64,000 bases of DNA from a virus. The notes beneath the pieces were generated by a model. That model was given only the letters and a program-made list of their open reading frames with translations, made no database searches and had not been told where the DNA came from. Made by a program: the position numbers and the translations under genes. This document shows, piece by piece, positions 1 through 10,037 of the stretch (position 1 is its first letter; each line of letters opens with the position of its first letter). Location: IMG/VR virus record IMGVR_UViG_3300013104_000004, positions 19,484 through 83,483 of that record. One strand, given 5' to 3'.

Positions 1-143
1 TCGCGCGCCGGCGCCTTCACGCGCTTGTCGCGGGGCGCGCTCTCGGCGTCGACGACCGCGAAGATCTCCTGGAGCACCGCGCCCAGGGCGCCGGGGACCT
101 CGGCGAAGCGGCTCTGCCACTGGGACTGCGTCGGCGTGCTCAC
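1..143 (-). CDS. hypothetical protein, 5' part only (runs off window)
   Basis: GTG start overlaps the TGA of the 140..847 ORF (GTGA); reads MSTPTQSQWQSRFAEVPGALGAVLQEIF... and stays open to the edge. Confidence 0.6.
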   Translation of the reverse strand, partial: MSTPTQSQWQSRFAEVPGALGAVLQEIFAVVDAESAPRDKRVKAPAR

Positions 144-847
144 ACGGTCTCCCCGGACCAGTACTTCTGCGTGCCAGAGCGCCATGCGTCGTCGATGGCG
201 TCGAACTGGGGGATGGCCTCCGTGCGGATCCAGTCCACGATGTCAGCCTCTGTCTCGATGCCGACCTTTGTGCGCTCCACGGCGTTCGAGCGGTCGAACG
301 TGCCGACGATGCTCTTCAGGCGGTTGAAGAGCACCAGGGCCTCGATGACCTGCTTGTTGCGGTGGACCCCGAACTCCTTGGCCCGGATCAGCAGGTTCTT
401 GACGAAGTCCGCGGGGGAGTCCATCTGGGAGTCGCGCACCGCGCGCGTCATGCCCAGGTCGTTCTTGATCTGCGCGATGACCTTCGCCGCGTCGTTCTTG
501 TTGCGGCGGTACTGCTCCTCGATGGCCGGCGCGAGGTCGTAGTCGTCGTAGCTCTTGCCCTTGCCCAGCTGGACCGTCCAGCGGTAGTCGAGCAGCTCCT
601 GGAACAGGAGCCGGTCGAGGTCCGCCAGGTCCGTGGCCGCCGTGAACTTGTTCTCGGCGAGGTACTTCTTCTGCTGGTCCTGGTAGAACTTCCGCTCGTC
701 GGCGGTTGCTACCTCAAAGCTGCCGCCCGAGGGCTGCTGGACCTTGAACACCTGCGCCCTGCCGCGCGTCGGCGGCGCAATCGGCTTCTCGGCGGCCGGC
801 GCTACTGTCGCCACGGCCTTCCTGCGCCCACTTCCCGTACCACCCAT
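140..847 (-). CDS. putative terminase small subunit-like protein
   Basis: N-terminal MGGTGSGRRK and a helical core ending '...KNDLGMT' resemble P27-type small terminases; clean codon usage; function is inferred. Confidence 0.45.
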   Translation of the reverse strand: MGGTGSGRRKAVATVAPAAEKPIAPPTRGRAQVFKVQQPSGGSFEVATADERKFYQDQQKKYLAENKFTAATDLADLDRLLFQELLDYRWTVQLGKGKSYDDYDLAPAIEEQYRRNKNDAAKVIAQIKNDLGMTRAVRDSQMDSPADFVKNLLIRAKEFGVHRNKQVIEALVLFNRLKSIVGTFDRSNAVERTKVGIETEADIVDWIRTEAIPQFDAIDDAWRSGTQKYWSGETV

Positions 848-887
848 CTCGCGGACGGTAGCGGCTTCTCGGAAGTTGTCCAGCGGC

Positions 888-1682
888 TCACCCGAAGTAG
901 TCGGAGAACTCCTTGCGACCCCTGTTCAGCGCGCCCGTGGCGATGTTCACCCAGCTCGCGAGGTAGCGCGGGTCCTTGGCCTGGCTCAGCAGCCTGGTCA
1001 CATGCCGGGCCTCCATGTCGACTGTCGGGACCGGCCACGCCTTCGTTCCGGCCGGCACGAGGTCGCGCGCGAACGCGATGCCGTCCGCGAGGGAGCGCAG
1101 CGAGTCCGCCCACAGGCCGAGCATCTGCTGGCGCGCGGCCTCCTCCATCTCGACGCCGAGCCCCCGGCGCCCATCGAAGAGGTTCGCCATGGCGATCGTG
1201 AAGAACGACACCATCCCCGGGGATGCCGGCGTGCACAGCGGCACGACGACGCCGCTCAGGCCCTTGGCGCGCATCACGACGGCGAGGACATCCCCCGCGC
1301 GCCCGTCGAACCCAGCCAGCGTCCCCGGCGAGAGCCACGGAAGCCCCTCGTGGCCCGACGGGGTCTCGCCCGCAGTTGGGACGTACAGCGCGCCGTCAGG
1401 CAGCGGCATGTCGAACTCTCCGCCCCTGCTCGGCGTCACGACGAAGCGCAGATCGTGCCTGGCGAACTCCGACAGGTCCCGCGTCGCGAGTCGGCCGGCC
1501 TCGGCCGCGGTCTTCACCGAGAGCACCTGGCGCGCAGCGGCCACCGGTGCCGCCCGCCTCGGCACCACGGTCGGCGGCGTCCAGGCCTGCGGCCCATTGA
1601 TCGCCTGGTTCAGGAATGACCGGATGTTGTGCCGCGTCTCGGCCGCCGGCGGCACGACGCGGTTACGAGGGGGATGGACCAT
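888..1682 (-). CDS. hypothetical phage protein
   Basis: long ORF with GC3 bias; start chosen 10 nt downstream of a GGCGAT promoter-like motif (alternative start 1700). Confidence 0.7.
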   Translation of the reverse strand: MVHPPRNRVVPPAAETRHNIRSFLNQAINGPQAWTPPTVVPRRAAPVAAARQVLSVKTAAEAGRLATRDLSEFARHDLRFVVTPSRGGEFDMPLPDGALYVPTAGETPSGHEGLPWLSPGTLAGFDGRAGDVLAVVMRAKGLSGVVVPLCTPASPGMVSFFTIAMANLFDGRRGLGVEMEEAARQQMLGLWADSLRSLADGIAFARDLVPAGTKAWPVPTVDMEARHVTRLLSQAKDPRYLASWVNIATGALNRGRKEFSDYFG

Positions 1683-1751
1683 GTCGCACAGCATCGCCAC
1701 CCGCGGGCCTGGACTCCAAGCCCTGGCCGAGATGCCGCCGTCAGCACGTGC

Positions 1752-2420
1752 TTACGGCGCGCGAGCCGGCACCCGGGACTCGGCGAGCAGCTGGAGGAAC
1801 GGCGCAACCAGCGCGCGCCACGCCAGGGGTGCCGCGGCCTCATCCCGCTCCACAGGCTCCACGGCGCGGCCCAGAGCCTCGCGCAGCGCCTTCAGCACCA
1901 CCGGGGACGCCTGGACCAGGCCACGACGCTTCCTGGCCGAGTACAGGCGCATGCGCTGCACATGGTTCCGCAGCCGCCGCGCGCCCCACTCCTCCTTGCA
2001 GGCCGCGCCGGCCTCGGCGCCGCACCGCGGGCACCCCACCGACCAGAACACCCGCCGGCGCAGCTCCGTCACGCGCGAGAGCACACGCACCGGCAGCACG
2101 CGGGTCTTCGGCGACTTCGGCGGCACGTACTCCGCGATGCACTGCCAGTGGCCGTACGTGTTCAGGCCCACCGGGCGGATCTGCTCGCCGCGCTCGATCT
2201 TCTCGTCGCACAGCGCACACCAGCTCTGGCGGCGCGCCACGAACGCACGCCCCGGGCGACTGGGCGAGAAGCCCTCAAATCGCCCATCCGAGATGGTCTG
2301 CACCACTGTCCTAACCGGGGAGCCACCTCTACCATGGAGATGGCTTCGTCCCACACCTGATCCGAAGTCCACAGCCCCGGTCGTTGGCGCGACGCGGGGC
2401 TTCTTCTTGCCCTGCTGCAC
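1752..2420 (-). CDS. zinc-finger-containing hypothetical protein
   Basis: CALC...HWQC and CPRCGAEAGAAC...H motifs; start uncertain. Confidence 0.6.
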   Translation of the reverse strand: MQQGKKKPRVAPTTGAVDFGSGVGRSHLHGRGGSPVRTVVQTISDGRFEGFSPSRPGRAFVARRQSWCALCDEKIERGEQIRPVGLNTYGHWQCIAEYVPPKSPKTRVLPVRVLSRVTELRRRVFWSVGCPRCGAEAGAACKEEWGARRLRNHVQRMRLYSARKRRGLVQASPVVLKALREALGRAVEPVERDEAAAPLAWRALVAPFLQLLAESRVPARAP

Positions 2421-2748
2421 TCACCCCGCGCGCTCGCGCACGCGCTATGAGTAGTAGTTCATCTACGGGGGAGTCAGTCTTGACTCGCTTTCAGCCTGTT
2501 CTAGCAAGAACATTCGAGGACCCCGTGTGTCGGAGGATTGCACGCGTTCAGACGCTTCGCCAGCGCCGCACCGAAACTCGTCCGAGATTCGCCAGAACAG
2601 CGCCCTGAGCACCCGCCCACAGCGGCACAACCGCTCAGCACCTGCCACACGCGGCAAGGGCCCTCCTGGCTGGATTCGAGGCCACCGGGAGAGCCAGCAT
2701 CTTCACCGGAGGCGCCCCACCACGGCGCCATTGACCGTGAGGAGCAGC

Positions 2749-3045
2749 ATGAGCATCGAGCAGCACGTCCACATCAACCTGGACCTCGGCGACGCCGTCG
2801 TCGCAGGCGGCCAAGCCCTGTACGAGGCCCAGGTCCGCCCCTACGTCGAGGACAGCCCCACCTGGGACGAGATCCCGACCGACCACAAGCACACCTACTG
2901 CGAGCGGGCGCTCCCCATCATCGAGGCCGCAGGCAGCCAGCTCATCGGTGGCATCATCCGCGGGCTCGCCGGCTGGCTGACCGAGCTCGGCGACATGACC
3001 GCGGCGGAGGCGGCCCAGCTCCTGCGACTGGAGGAGGTGGCCTGA
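2749..3045 (+). CDS. hypothetical protein
   Basis: AGGAG RBS and ATG; first gene of a stop/start-coupled operon. Confidence 0.75.
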   Translation: MSIEQHVHINLDLGDAVVAGGQALYEAQVRPYVEDSPTWDEIPTDHKHTYCERALPIIEAAGSQLIGGIIRGLAGWLTELGDMTAAEAAQLLRLEEVA

Positions 3046-3278
3046 TGGCGATCCAGCTCATCACGAAGGTGAAGGTCCGCCGCTACACCTGCGACGCGTG
3101 CGGGAAGGTCGAGAACGTCCTCGTCGAGCCTGGCGTCACGGAGGAGGAGAACAGTGGCTTCAGCGGCCACACGAAGCAGACCGGCCTGGGGGTGGCCGGC
3201 GCCGTTGCCAGCGACTGGTGGGCGTGCTCCGCGAAGTGCATCGGCAAGGCCGTCGAGAACGCGCTGGTGGCTTCGTGA
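3045..3278 (+). CDS. small zinc-binding protein
   Basis: TGATG coupling; CDAC...CSAKC. Confidence 0.75.
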   Translation: MAIQLITKVKVRRYTCDACGKVENVLVEPGVTEEENSGFSGHTKQTGLGVAGAVASDWWACSAKCIGKAVENALVAS

Positions 3279-3733
3279 CCACTGGAACCGGCGTCGGGAC
3301 CGCGACGCGCCACGACGTGAAGGCCGCGAGTGTCGTCGGCGAGGTGCTCTTCACGCTCCGCAACGAGGCTGGCCGGCTGGCGGAGGCCCTGCGCCCTCAC
3401 GTCGAGGCGGCCCAGCAGTACCTCGACCATCTGGAAGAGCTCGCGGCAGTCGCGGAAGGCGCCGCCGAGCTCTTCGACGCATCCGCCTACAGCGACCGAG
3501 AGTTCGGGCAGGCGTTCGTCCCAGCGGAGTCAGGGCTGATCCGGCCGGACAGGCCGAACGGTGGCCGCAGACCCGAGGCGGAAGTCGTTGACGAGGTCGA
3601 GCGCGCGCGCGAGGCCGGCCGGCGTGCGATCAAGGTGCATGAGGCGATCCCGTACAACCACAAGCTGACGGACAACGAGATCCGCGAGCACGTCGGCCGC
3701 GCTGCACTGGGGATCGAGGCCACCGATGCCTGA
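3275..3733 (+). CDS. hypothetical protein
   Basis: GTGA coupling; codon bias. Confidence 0.7.
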   Translation: MTTGTGVGTATRHDVKAASVVGEVLFTLRNEAGRLAEALRPHVEAAQQYLDHLEELAAVAEGAAELFDASAYSDREFGQAFVPAESGLIRPDRPNGGRRPEAEVVDEVERAREAGRRAIKVHEAIPYNHKLTDNEIREHVGRAALGIEATDA

Positions 3734-3890
3734 CGTCGACGAGACCCACGCCACGGTCACGCGCTACATGCAACCCTGGCGCGAGTGGCGCTCGGAGTGC
3801 CCCTGCGGGTGGACCGGCTCGTACGTGGCCACCGAGTCCGCCGCGCGCGCAGAGGCGGTCGAGCACGTCCGCACAGAGGCCGGCGCCTGA
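3726..3890 (+). CDS. small hypothetical protein (CxCGW...H)
   Basis: MPDVDETH...ECPCGWTG...EH; fills the gap between coupled genes. Confidence 0.65.
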   Translation: MPDVDETHATVTRYMQPWREWRSECPCGWTGSYVATESAARAEAVEHVRTEAGA

Positions 3891-4084
3891 TGGGCAGCTC
3901 GCGGCACTACACGCTGAAGAAGATGCTCCTGACCGACGGCCAGGCCCGCGTCCTCGTTGAAGCCCTGAAGCAGTTCGAGGAGCGCGAGATGGACCACGGC
4001 AGCCCCGAAGAGGGCGACGTCGCGCTCACGCTGCGGCGCAAGATCAAGCAGCACCTCGCCACGTTCCAGTGGGTGGAGGCGTGA
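3890..4084 (+). CDS. hypothetical protein
   Basis: TGATG coupling. Confidence 0.7.
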   Translation: MGSSRHYTLKKMLLTDGQARVLVEALKQFEEREMDHGSPEEGDVALTLRRKIKQHLATFQWVEA

Positions 4085-4341
4085 GCGTCCGCGCCGGTCG
4101 CCAGCTGCGCGAGGCGATCCGAGTCGAGCGAGAGCTCGCGGCGGATGACGACGGGACGGGCCTCGGCCTCTGCCCCTACCTCCGCGGCGTCGGCGAGAAG
4201 ACCTGCCAGTCGGGCTGCTGGGAAGAGCCGCGGTGCCAGACCGACATGCCCGTCCTCGGGTGGCCCAAGCCGTGGGTCATCGGGGACAAGCGGCGCCGGA
4301 CACACCGGCGCCGGCACACGAACGGAGGGTGGAGATGGTGA
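4081..4341 (+). CDS. Cys-rich hypothetical protein
   Basis: GTGA coupling; CPY...CQSGCWEEPRC. Confidence 0.65.
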   Translation: MSVRAGRQLREAIRVERELAADDDGTGLGLCPYLRGVGEKTCQSGCWEEPRCQTDMPVLGWPKPWVIGDKRRRTHRRRHTNGGWRW

Positions 4342-4667
4342 CCGAGCTTTCGACGGAGGCGCCGAGCACGCTTGATGCGGCGCTCGCGTACGCCCGGCGC
4401 TACTGGCAGTTCGGGCAGGAGCCCGAGACCCAGGCGGCGCTGACGGTGCTGCTCCAGCACATCGAGCGCGAGCAGAGTGCCGCGGACGAGTGGGGCGTCA
4501 TGTGGCAGACGTGGGCCACCGCCGACGGCAGCCCCCATGACATTTGCCGCTCGCGCGAGATCGCCGAGCATGTAGCAGCGGCCGATCGGCACGCCACGGG
4601 CATCCCGGGCGTCGTCATGCACCGCACGGTCACCCGCTGGCGCCCCGCGGCGAAGGAGGGGCGATGA
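4335..4667 (+). CDS. hypothetical protein
   Basis: GGAGG RBS; coupled to neighbours. Confidence 0.65.
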   Translation: MVTELSTEAPSTLDAALAYARRYWQFGQEPETQAALTVLLQHIEREQSAADEWGVMWQTWATADGSPHDICRSREIAEHVAAADRHATGIPGVVMHRTVTRWRPAAKEGR

Positions 4668-4840
4668 GCAAGACCGCGAACATCAAGGTGCGCCTCACCG
4701 CCCACCAGTACGGCGTCCTGCTCGCCTCGCTCGGAGAGCAGGAGCACGCGGACTCGCCGCAGATCGCCGCGACCGCACGCGCGCTCGTCGACAAGATCGT
4801 GGCGGGCACGAAGTGGGCGCCAATGAGGAAGACCGACTGA
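4664..4840 (+). CDS. hypothetical protein
   Basis: AGGAGG RBS; ATGA coupling. Confidence 0.7.
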   Translation: MSKTANIKVRLTAHQYGVLLASLGEQEHADSPQIAATARALVDKIVAGTKWAPMRKTD

Positions 4841-5031
4841 TGGCCAAGAAGCCCGAGCTCCCACCCGCCGACGAGGCCGCATACCTGCGCTGGCTCGCCG
4901 ACGACCTCCAGGACAACGGCACCGGGAACCTCACCTGGCGGCTCGTCACCGCGTCGGTGCTCACCGCACGTGCCGACAAGCTCGCGCCGGCCAATCGTGC
5001 GCGCCCGAAGGGGAACGCACGTGAGGGGTAA
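4840..5031 (+). CDS. hypothetical protein
   Basis: TGATG coupling. Confidence 0.65.
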   Translation: MAKKPELPPADEAAYLRWLADDLQDNGTGNLTWRLVTASVLTARADKLAPANRARPKGNAREG

Positions 5032-5830
5032 GGCCGGCTCCGTCGCGCCGCACGGGACCAACGCGCGGGCGAAGCGAGGCTGCCTATGCGCCCCGTGCGT
5101 AGCCGCGCGCTTGCGGTACGAGAAGACAGTCCGGCTGGAGCGCGCTCAGGGGCGGTCCCGCAAGGTGCCCGCCGCCGATGCCCGGCGGGCAATGTGTGAG
5201 GCGATGGAGGCCAACCACCTGCGTCTGGTGGACATCGCGCGGGCGTCCGGTGTCAGCACCATGGCGCTGCGGGCGCTCGATAAGGGCGACGTGCAGTGGG
5301 TCCAGCGCGACACCTACGAGCGGCTCCGGAAGCTCCCGAAGCTCACCGTCGACGACAGCCGGCACGTGCCGATGGCCGCGACGGCCATCCGGGTGCACGC
5401 GCTCCAGGCCGAGGGCTGGGGGCTGCGCGACCTTGCGCGCGAAGGGATGTACGCGAACATCCTCCAGGGCAACCCGCCCGAGATCCGCCTGGGCCGCGCG
5501 CGCACCGTCATCGAGCTCGTGCAGCGCCTGGGCGCCGGCCCGAGCGTGAAGGGGGCTACGGCGGCGCGCACCAAGGGCTGGCCGCCACGGGAGGCCTACG
5601 ACCGTGATCTCCTGCTCGACCCGCTCTGGGATGGCGTCGGCGGGCTGCTGGACGAGCAGGACGAGGCCACCGGCGACGAGATCGAGCACGAGTTCCTCCA
5701 CCTCGTGCGAACGGGCACCGGCCCCTATGAGGCCGGCGCCCGTGTCGGACGATCGAAGGAGTGGGTGCGGAGCAAGGTCACGAAGCGCCACCCGTGGGTC
5801 AAGGAGCTCCTGCCCGGCCGCTGGGACTAG
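5021..5830 (+). CDS. helix-turn-helix DNA-binding protein (actinophage HGT-CxCxxC type)
   Basis: PHGT...GCLCAPC zinc motif and two to three HTH-like segments (LVDIARASGVSTMAL; PYEAGARVGRSKEWV). Confidence 0.7.
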   Translation: MRGKAGSVAPHGTNARAKRGCLCAPCVAARLRYEKTVRLERAQGRSRKVPAADARRAMCEAMEANHLRLVDIARASGVSTMALRALDKGDVQWVQRDTYERLRKLPKLTVDDSRHVPMAATAIRVHALQAEGWGLRDLAREGMYANILQGNPPEIRLGRARTVIELVQRLGAGPSVKGATAARTKGWPPREAYDRDLLLDPLWDGVGGLLDEQDEATGDEIEHEFLHLVRTGTGPYEAGARVGRSKEWVRSKVTKRHPWVKELLPGRWD

Positions 5831-5835
5831 GCCGC

Positions 5836-7239
5836 TCAGGGTGCGAGGCGAACCCAGATCGGCGAGTACGCGACCTCGAAGTACGGCACCTGGCGCACGG
5901 CGTTCGCCGCCGCGACGAAGCGCATCTGGCGGTGCTCCTCGGTGGTGTTGACGTCCGCAGGGAACGGGTACATCGAGACCGCCAGGCCGATCTCCGAGCC
6001 GAGGTCGCCCCGGGCTACGGCATGCGGGGGGTATGCGCCGGCCAGCGAGACCGGGAAGTGCCCATAGGTGTTCCCCACAGTCGCAGCGCGCATCGAACTC
6101 TCGGGCACAGCGACCACCCCGGCCGGCTTCGTGGCCCAGGTGACCGTCGCCGGGTCCCAGCCGGCGGGGTCCAGGCCGTAGATCCGCAGGCTCGTGCTGC
6201 CGTCGCTGTACTGGTCCTCGTTTCGGTACAAGCGCAGCGTCAGGGCGGACGGGTACAGCTGGCTCACCGCAGGGATCGCAGCGCGCAGCAGCAGGATGCT
6301 CATCGCGAGATAGCCGGCCTCCCCCTTCGCCGTCGGCGGCACCCGCACGAACCACGTCGGATCCGCCGAAGTGTTCGACGCGGGCGCGTCGGGATCAATG
6401 ACCGAGCCGGCCGCCAACACCTTCGACGCGACACCGCCCGCGGAGGCCGTCGTCGGATTTGGAATGGGCCCCGGCGCCCACGACGCCGCAGCTGGCGCGT
6501 CGACCGTCGCGGCGTACAGGACGCCCTGGTACGAGACGAGCGACCCCTTGGAATAGGGGGCGCCAGGCGCCCACGGCCCCTCGAAGTGCAGCCCGGACTC
6601 TCCAGGGGGCCCCTGGGGACCGGCCGCTCCGCGCGGCCCATCTGCGCCATCGGCCCCCCGCGGGCCCGCCGCCAGCGCCCCCATGCTCACCCAGCCGGAG
6701 GTCGACATCACCCACATCTCGGCGCCGACGACATACGCGTCGTTGGTCGGCGCTCCTGCCGGCAGGTCGGCCTGCGAGCTCAGCTGGCCGCGGAACGCGA
6801 ACGAGGTCCCGTTCACGCCATCCGCGCCGGCCGGGCCTCGGGGGCCATCCGCGCCGGCCGGGCCTTCTGGACCCTCAGGGCCCGGGTCGCCCTGCGGCCC
6901 CTGAGGGCCGTCCGCGCCCTGCAGCGGCGGGAGCGCGAGCCAGCCGCTGTCCAGGGTCCACACCATCGCGCCCGTGTCGCGCAGGTACGCGTCCCCAGGC
7001 GTGGCGTCCGTAGGTAGCGCCGCCGGCGAGTCAATGCGCCCGCGCAGCGTCACGCCACCGACGCCAGCCGGCCCCGGCTCGCCCCGTGCGCCCTCCGGCC
7101 CGCGAGGCCCTTCGGGGCCGACGCCGTACCGCGCCTCGTACTCACCCTCGCTGCCGGGGGTCCACAAGGCGTTCTGGTAGATGACGGGACCCGACGCTTC
7201 GGCGGGCAGCTCGGCAACTACAGGCAGGTGTCTCGGCAT
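5836..7239 (-). CDS. collagen-like tail fibre / minor tail protein with C-terminal DNRLRE(CBM96)-like domain
   Basis: Gly-X-Y runs; repeated 'LRGxxxSxAxLP...DAY' modules; C-terminal 'LTLRLY...WDPATVTWATKP'. Confidence 0.8.
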   Translation of the reverse strand: MPRHLPVVAELPAEASGPVIYQNALWTPGSEGEYEARYGVGPEGPRGPEGARGEPGPAGVGGVTLRGRIDSPAALPTDATPGDAYLRDTGAMVWTLDSGWLALPPLQGADGPQGPQGDPGPEGPEGPAGADGPRGPAGADGVNGTSFAFRGQLSSQADLPAGAPTNDAYVVGAEMWVMSTSGWVSMGALAAGPRGADGADGPRGAAGPQGPPGESGLHFEGPWAPGAPYSKGSLVSYQGVLYAATVDAPAAASWAPGPIPNPTTASAGGVASKVLAAGSVIDPDAPASNTSADPTWFVRVPPTAKGEAGYLAMSILLLRAAIPAVSQLYPSALTLRLYRNEDQYSDGSTSLRIYGLDPAGWDPATVTWATKPAGVVAVPESSMRAATVGNTYGHFPVSLAGAYPPHAVARGDLGSEIGLAVSMYPFPADVNTTEEHRQMRFVAAANAVRQVPYFEVAYSPIWVRLAP

Positions 7240-7262
7240 GCCCAGAGCATCGACTGGGCGTG

Positions 7263-7448
7263 CTACCGAGGCCAGAGCTGACCGGAGGTCGGTGCGTCGT
7301 CAACGACGATCCCGGCCTTCGTCAGCCACCACATGAGGGACCCGCCGGCGCCAGCTGCCACGGCAGAACCGACACGGGAGCCGATGTTCTCGGGGTCGTC
7401 ATCGGCGTTGCGGACATCCGCCCAGATGCGCCACTCGGTCACGGCCAT
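7263..7448 (-). CDS. small tail-associated hypothetical protein
   Basis: directly follows 7450..8427 with GGAG RBS. Confidence 0.55.
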   Translation of the reverse strand: MAVTEWRIWADVRNADDDPENIGSRVGSAVAAGAGGSLMWWLTKAGIVVDDAPTSGQLWPR

Positions 7449-7449
7449 G

Positions 7450-8427
7450 TCACTCCCACCTGATCGCAAGGCCCGTGTTCGAGTTCGTGCTCATGGACGT
7501 GCTCGTCGCGTTGGACGCGAGACCGTAGCCTGCATGGCCCTCCGCGATCGGAATCGCACGGTACTTGCGCGAGGAGCCCAGGGCGTAGGCCGTGAACACA
7601 CCAGACGGGGCGTCTCCACCGGAGAAGGTGAGCCCGGTCAGGCACTGAAACGGGGTGATGCCGGGGACGAAGATGATCCACGGCCACACGGGGCCGATGG
7701 TCCCCGCCGCGACGGACGTCGATGTGGACAGGGCGACCCCATTGACGAGTGCGGGGACAAGGACGGGGATTGCGCCCGCTGCGGACTTCGACGGGTCGGC
7801 GTAGTTCACAGCCTCGTAGGCAGCACTGTTGGGCTGTGACCCCGGCAGGGAGTTGTAGATGCCTGTGGTGACAAGCACGAGGGCGTCGACGGTCGCGATG
7901 CCGGTATCGTCCCGCGACCGTTCGAGGATGAAGCCAGGCTGCTGGCGTCCCGTGAAGCCTTCCGCGAAGGGCATCAGGGCGAGGCAACACCCATCACCGC
8001 TAGATGCGTAGCCGGTGCCAGTGCCCGACGGGTTCATGGTCGCGGAGTTGCCAGACAAGCCAGTCCTCCGGGAGAACAGAACGTTCGTGATGTTCCCCGC
8101 CCCGTCGGAACCCTTGCCGACGGTGATCCAAAGCCCCGGCACGGTATTGCCACCGGAGGTGGTGCCAGATCCATACTCCAGCTTGAAGAACACGGGCGCG
8201 ACGCCCTGTAGAGCATCGTCAAACCGCCAGATCTCGTATCCGGCAGTCACCCCGGCTCCAGATGGGGCGAGCATGGTAGAGATCGTGACCTGCCCCGTGT
8301 CCGAGGTCTGCACCATCCCCACCGCAGTCAGCGCGTCATGGACCTTCTGAACCCACGCCCGGATCGGCCCGCCCGTGCCGGCAGCACCGTTGTCCGCAAC
8401 GAGCAAGGACATAGTGGCGGTGGTCAT
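7450..8427 (-). CDS. minor tail / receptor-binding-type protein
   Basis: Gly/Ser/Thr-rich, beta-type composition; lies between collagen fibre genes. Confidence 0.6.
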   Translation of the reverse strand: MTTATMSLLVADNGAAGTGGPIRAWVQKVHDALTAVGMVQTSDTGQVTISTMLAPSGAGVTAGYEIWRFDDALQGVAPVFFKLEYGSGTTSGGNTVPGLWITVGKGSDGAGNITNVLFSRRTGLSGNSATMNPSGTGTGYASSGDGCCLALMPFAEGFTGRQQPGFILERSRDDTGIATVDALVLVTTGIYNSLPGSQPNSAAYEAVNYADPSKSAAGAIPVLVPALVNGVALSTSTSVAAGTIGPVWPWIIFVPGITPFQCLTGLTFSGGDAPSGVFTAYALGSSRKYRAIPIAEGHAGYGLASNATSTSMSTNSNTGLAIRWE

Positions 8428-9548
8428 GTGTTCTCCCAGGTGATCGTCACGTCAGCCGCACCATCGGTGTACGTGTAGAAGGCCGCCCCGTCGCGGGCGA
8501 TGCCCGGCACCGGGTTGAGCCACAGCGTCCCGGCGGTCGTGAACAGGACATCGACCAGGACTGCGTCCCCGACTGGCTTCGTGAGGGCGTTGCGGGCGAC
8601 ATCTGCGGCACGCTGCGCGGTTGACCGGTAGAGCCGGAACCGCACCGCGGCAGACGCCGTGATCGCCACGACGCGAGCAGCTGGGCCGAGGGCCGCCGAC
8701 CCGTTCCCGGTTGCGCCCGCCAGGGTGGTGTCGGTGCGCGTGACCGTCGCGCCATCCGTCCATTCGATGTCGTAGTCGTCCGCCGAACGCTTCCGCGGCA
8801 TCTGGTGCGTGGCGCCACCAGGCGGCAGGCCGGGGCCAGCGGGGCCAGTCTCACCCCGCGCGCCAGGCGAGCCCGTGTCGCCCTTGACCCCCGGAGGGCC
8901 CTGCGGTCCCTCGGCACCCCTCTCGCCGGCATCGCCCTTCGCGCCAGGCAGGCCCTGCGGGCCGGCGGGACCCTCCTGGGCGAGCACCGCCCAGTACTCG
9001 CTCGATGCACCCTCGGCGGGCTCCTGGCCCACGGAAGGGGCGATGGCGAAGAACGAGGACACGATCCCGTTGACGCCGCCATAGGACACCGCGTCGTCGA
9101 CCTCATAGGCGGCGTCTGCCGCCCACGTGCCGCGCCACGTCAGGCCGGCGGGGCCCACGGGGCCCGGGTCGCCCTTCGCGCCATCCTGGCCCGCGACACC
9201 GGGATCTCCCTTCGCGCCATCGGCTCCACGGGGTCCCCGCTCGCCCGCCACGCCTGGCGCGCCAGTGGCGCCACGCTCACCCTGGATGCCCTGGGGGCCA
9301 CGCTCGCCCTGCGGCCCCTCGGGCCCCTCGGGGCCGATGTCACCCTGGATGCCCTGGGGGCCATCGGGTCCTTCGGGACCCTCCGGCCCACGCTCCCCGG
9401 TGGGCCCCTCGGGACCCGGGCGGCCGGCCGGGCCCTCCACGGTGACCACGACGGTCTCATCGATGTCGGCCTCGACCACGAAGACATCGTCGGCACCTGC
9501 CGACAGCGCCCCGTCATCGACGACCGTGAAGTCCAGCGTCTCGCTCAT
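8424..9548 (-). CDS. collagen-like tail fibre protein
   Basis: long Gly-X-Y repeats; 'LTWRGTWAADAAYEVDDAVSYGG' carbohydrate-binding-like insert. Confidence 0.8.
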   Translation of the reverse strand: MSETLDFTVVDDGALSAGADDVFVVEADIDETVVVTVEGPAGRPGPEGPTGERGPEGPEGPDGPQGIQGDIGPEGPEGPQGERGPQGIQGERGATGAPGVAGERGPRGADGAKGDPGVAGQDGAKGDPGPVGPAGLTWRGTWAADAAYEVDDAVSYGGVNGIVSSFFAIAPSVGQEPAEGASSEYWAVLAQEGPAGPQGLPGAKGDAGERGAEGPQGPPGVKGDTGSPGARGETGPAGPGLPPGGATHQMPRKRSADDYDIEWTDGATVTRTDTTLAGATGNGSAALGPAARVVAITASAAVRFRLYRSTAQRAADVARNALTKPVGDAVLVDVLFTTAGTLWLNPVPGIARDGAAFYTYTDGAADVTITWENT

Positions 9549-9952
9549 GCCGCGTCCCGCGTGATGTTCGGGGAGAGGGTGATGTCGCCCTCGATGACGC
9601 GGGTCACGTCACCCGACGGCCATACCAGCTCCAAGTCGTACTTCGCGGAGCGGCGCGGCTTCAGGGGATCGTCCGTCACGCCGAGCGCATCGGTCTGCTC
9701 CGCCGAGGCGATGATCTGGATCCGGCCATCGGCGCCACCGACGACGAGCCCGCCGTTCTCCGTGGTGAGCTCCAAGAGCACGTCCGTGCCGTACTTCGCG
9801 CGGAGCTGCATCCTGGCCGTGCAGCCGGTGATGTCGCGGGGGAGGGGCGGCAGGGGAGCCGCCTCCGTGGATTCCGGGTTCGAGCGCGCCCAGACGAACG
9901 CGCACCGGTACGTCTGGCCCTGGAGCCACAGCATGCTGACCGTCTTCGCCAT
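9545..9952 (-). CDS. fibre-attachment / BppU- or LtfC-like virion protein
   Basis: QGQTY...DITGCTARMQLR...YDLEL...TRVIEGDITLSP pattern. Confidence 0.65.
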   Translation of the reverse strand: MAKTVSMLWLQGQTYRCAFVWARSNPESTEAAPLPPLPRDITGCTARMQLRAKYGTDVLLELTTENGGLVVGGADGRIQIIASAEQTDALGVTDDPLKPRRSAKYDLELVWPSGDVTRVIEGDITLSPNITRDAA

Positions 9953-10037
9953 GCCCAGACAGATCGACCCCGGCCCTCAGGAGAGAGAGCCGGGGTCGCT
10001 GTTGCGGACTCCGCAACAGCGGAGTCCCATGATCGCG

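Noticed and set aside
2497-2520. LexA SOS box
   Set aside because: Does not fit TCGAAC-N4-GTTCGA spacing or orientation
8800-9440. DNA tandem repeats or a DGR variable region
   Set aside because: Explained by Gly-X-Y collagen coding; no reverse transcriptase or TR/VR pair seen in the window
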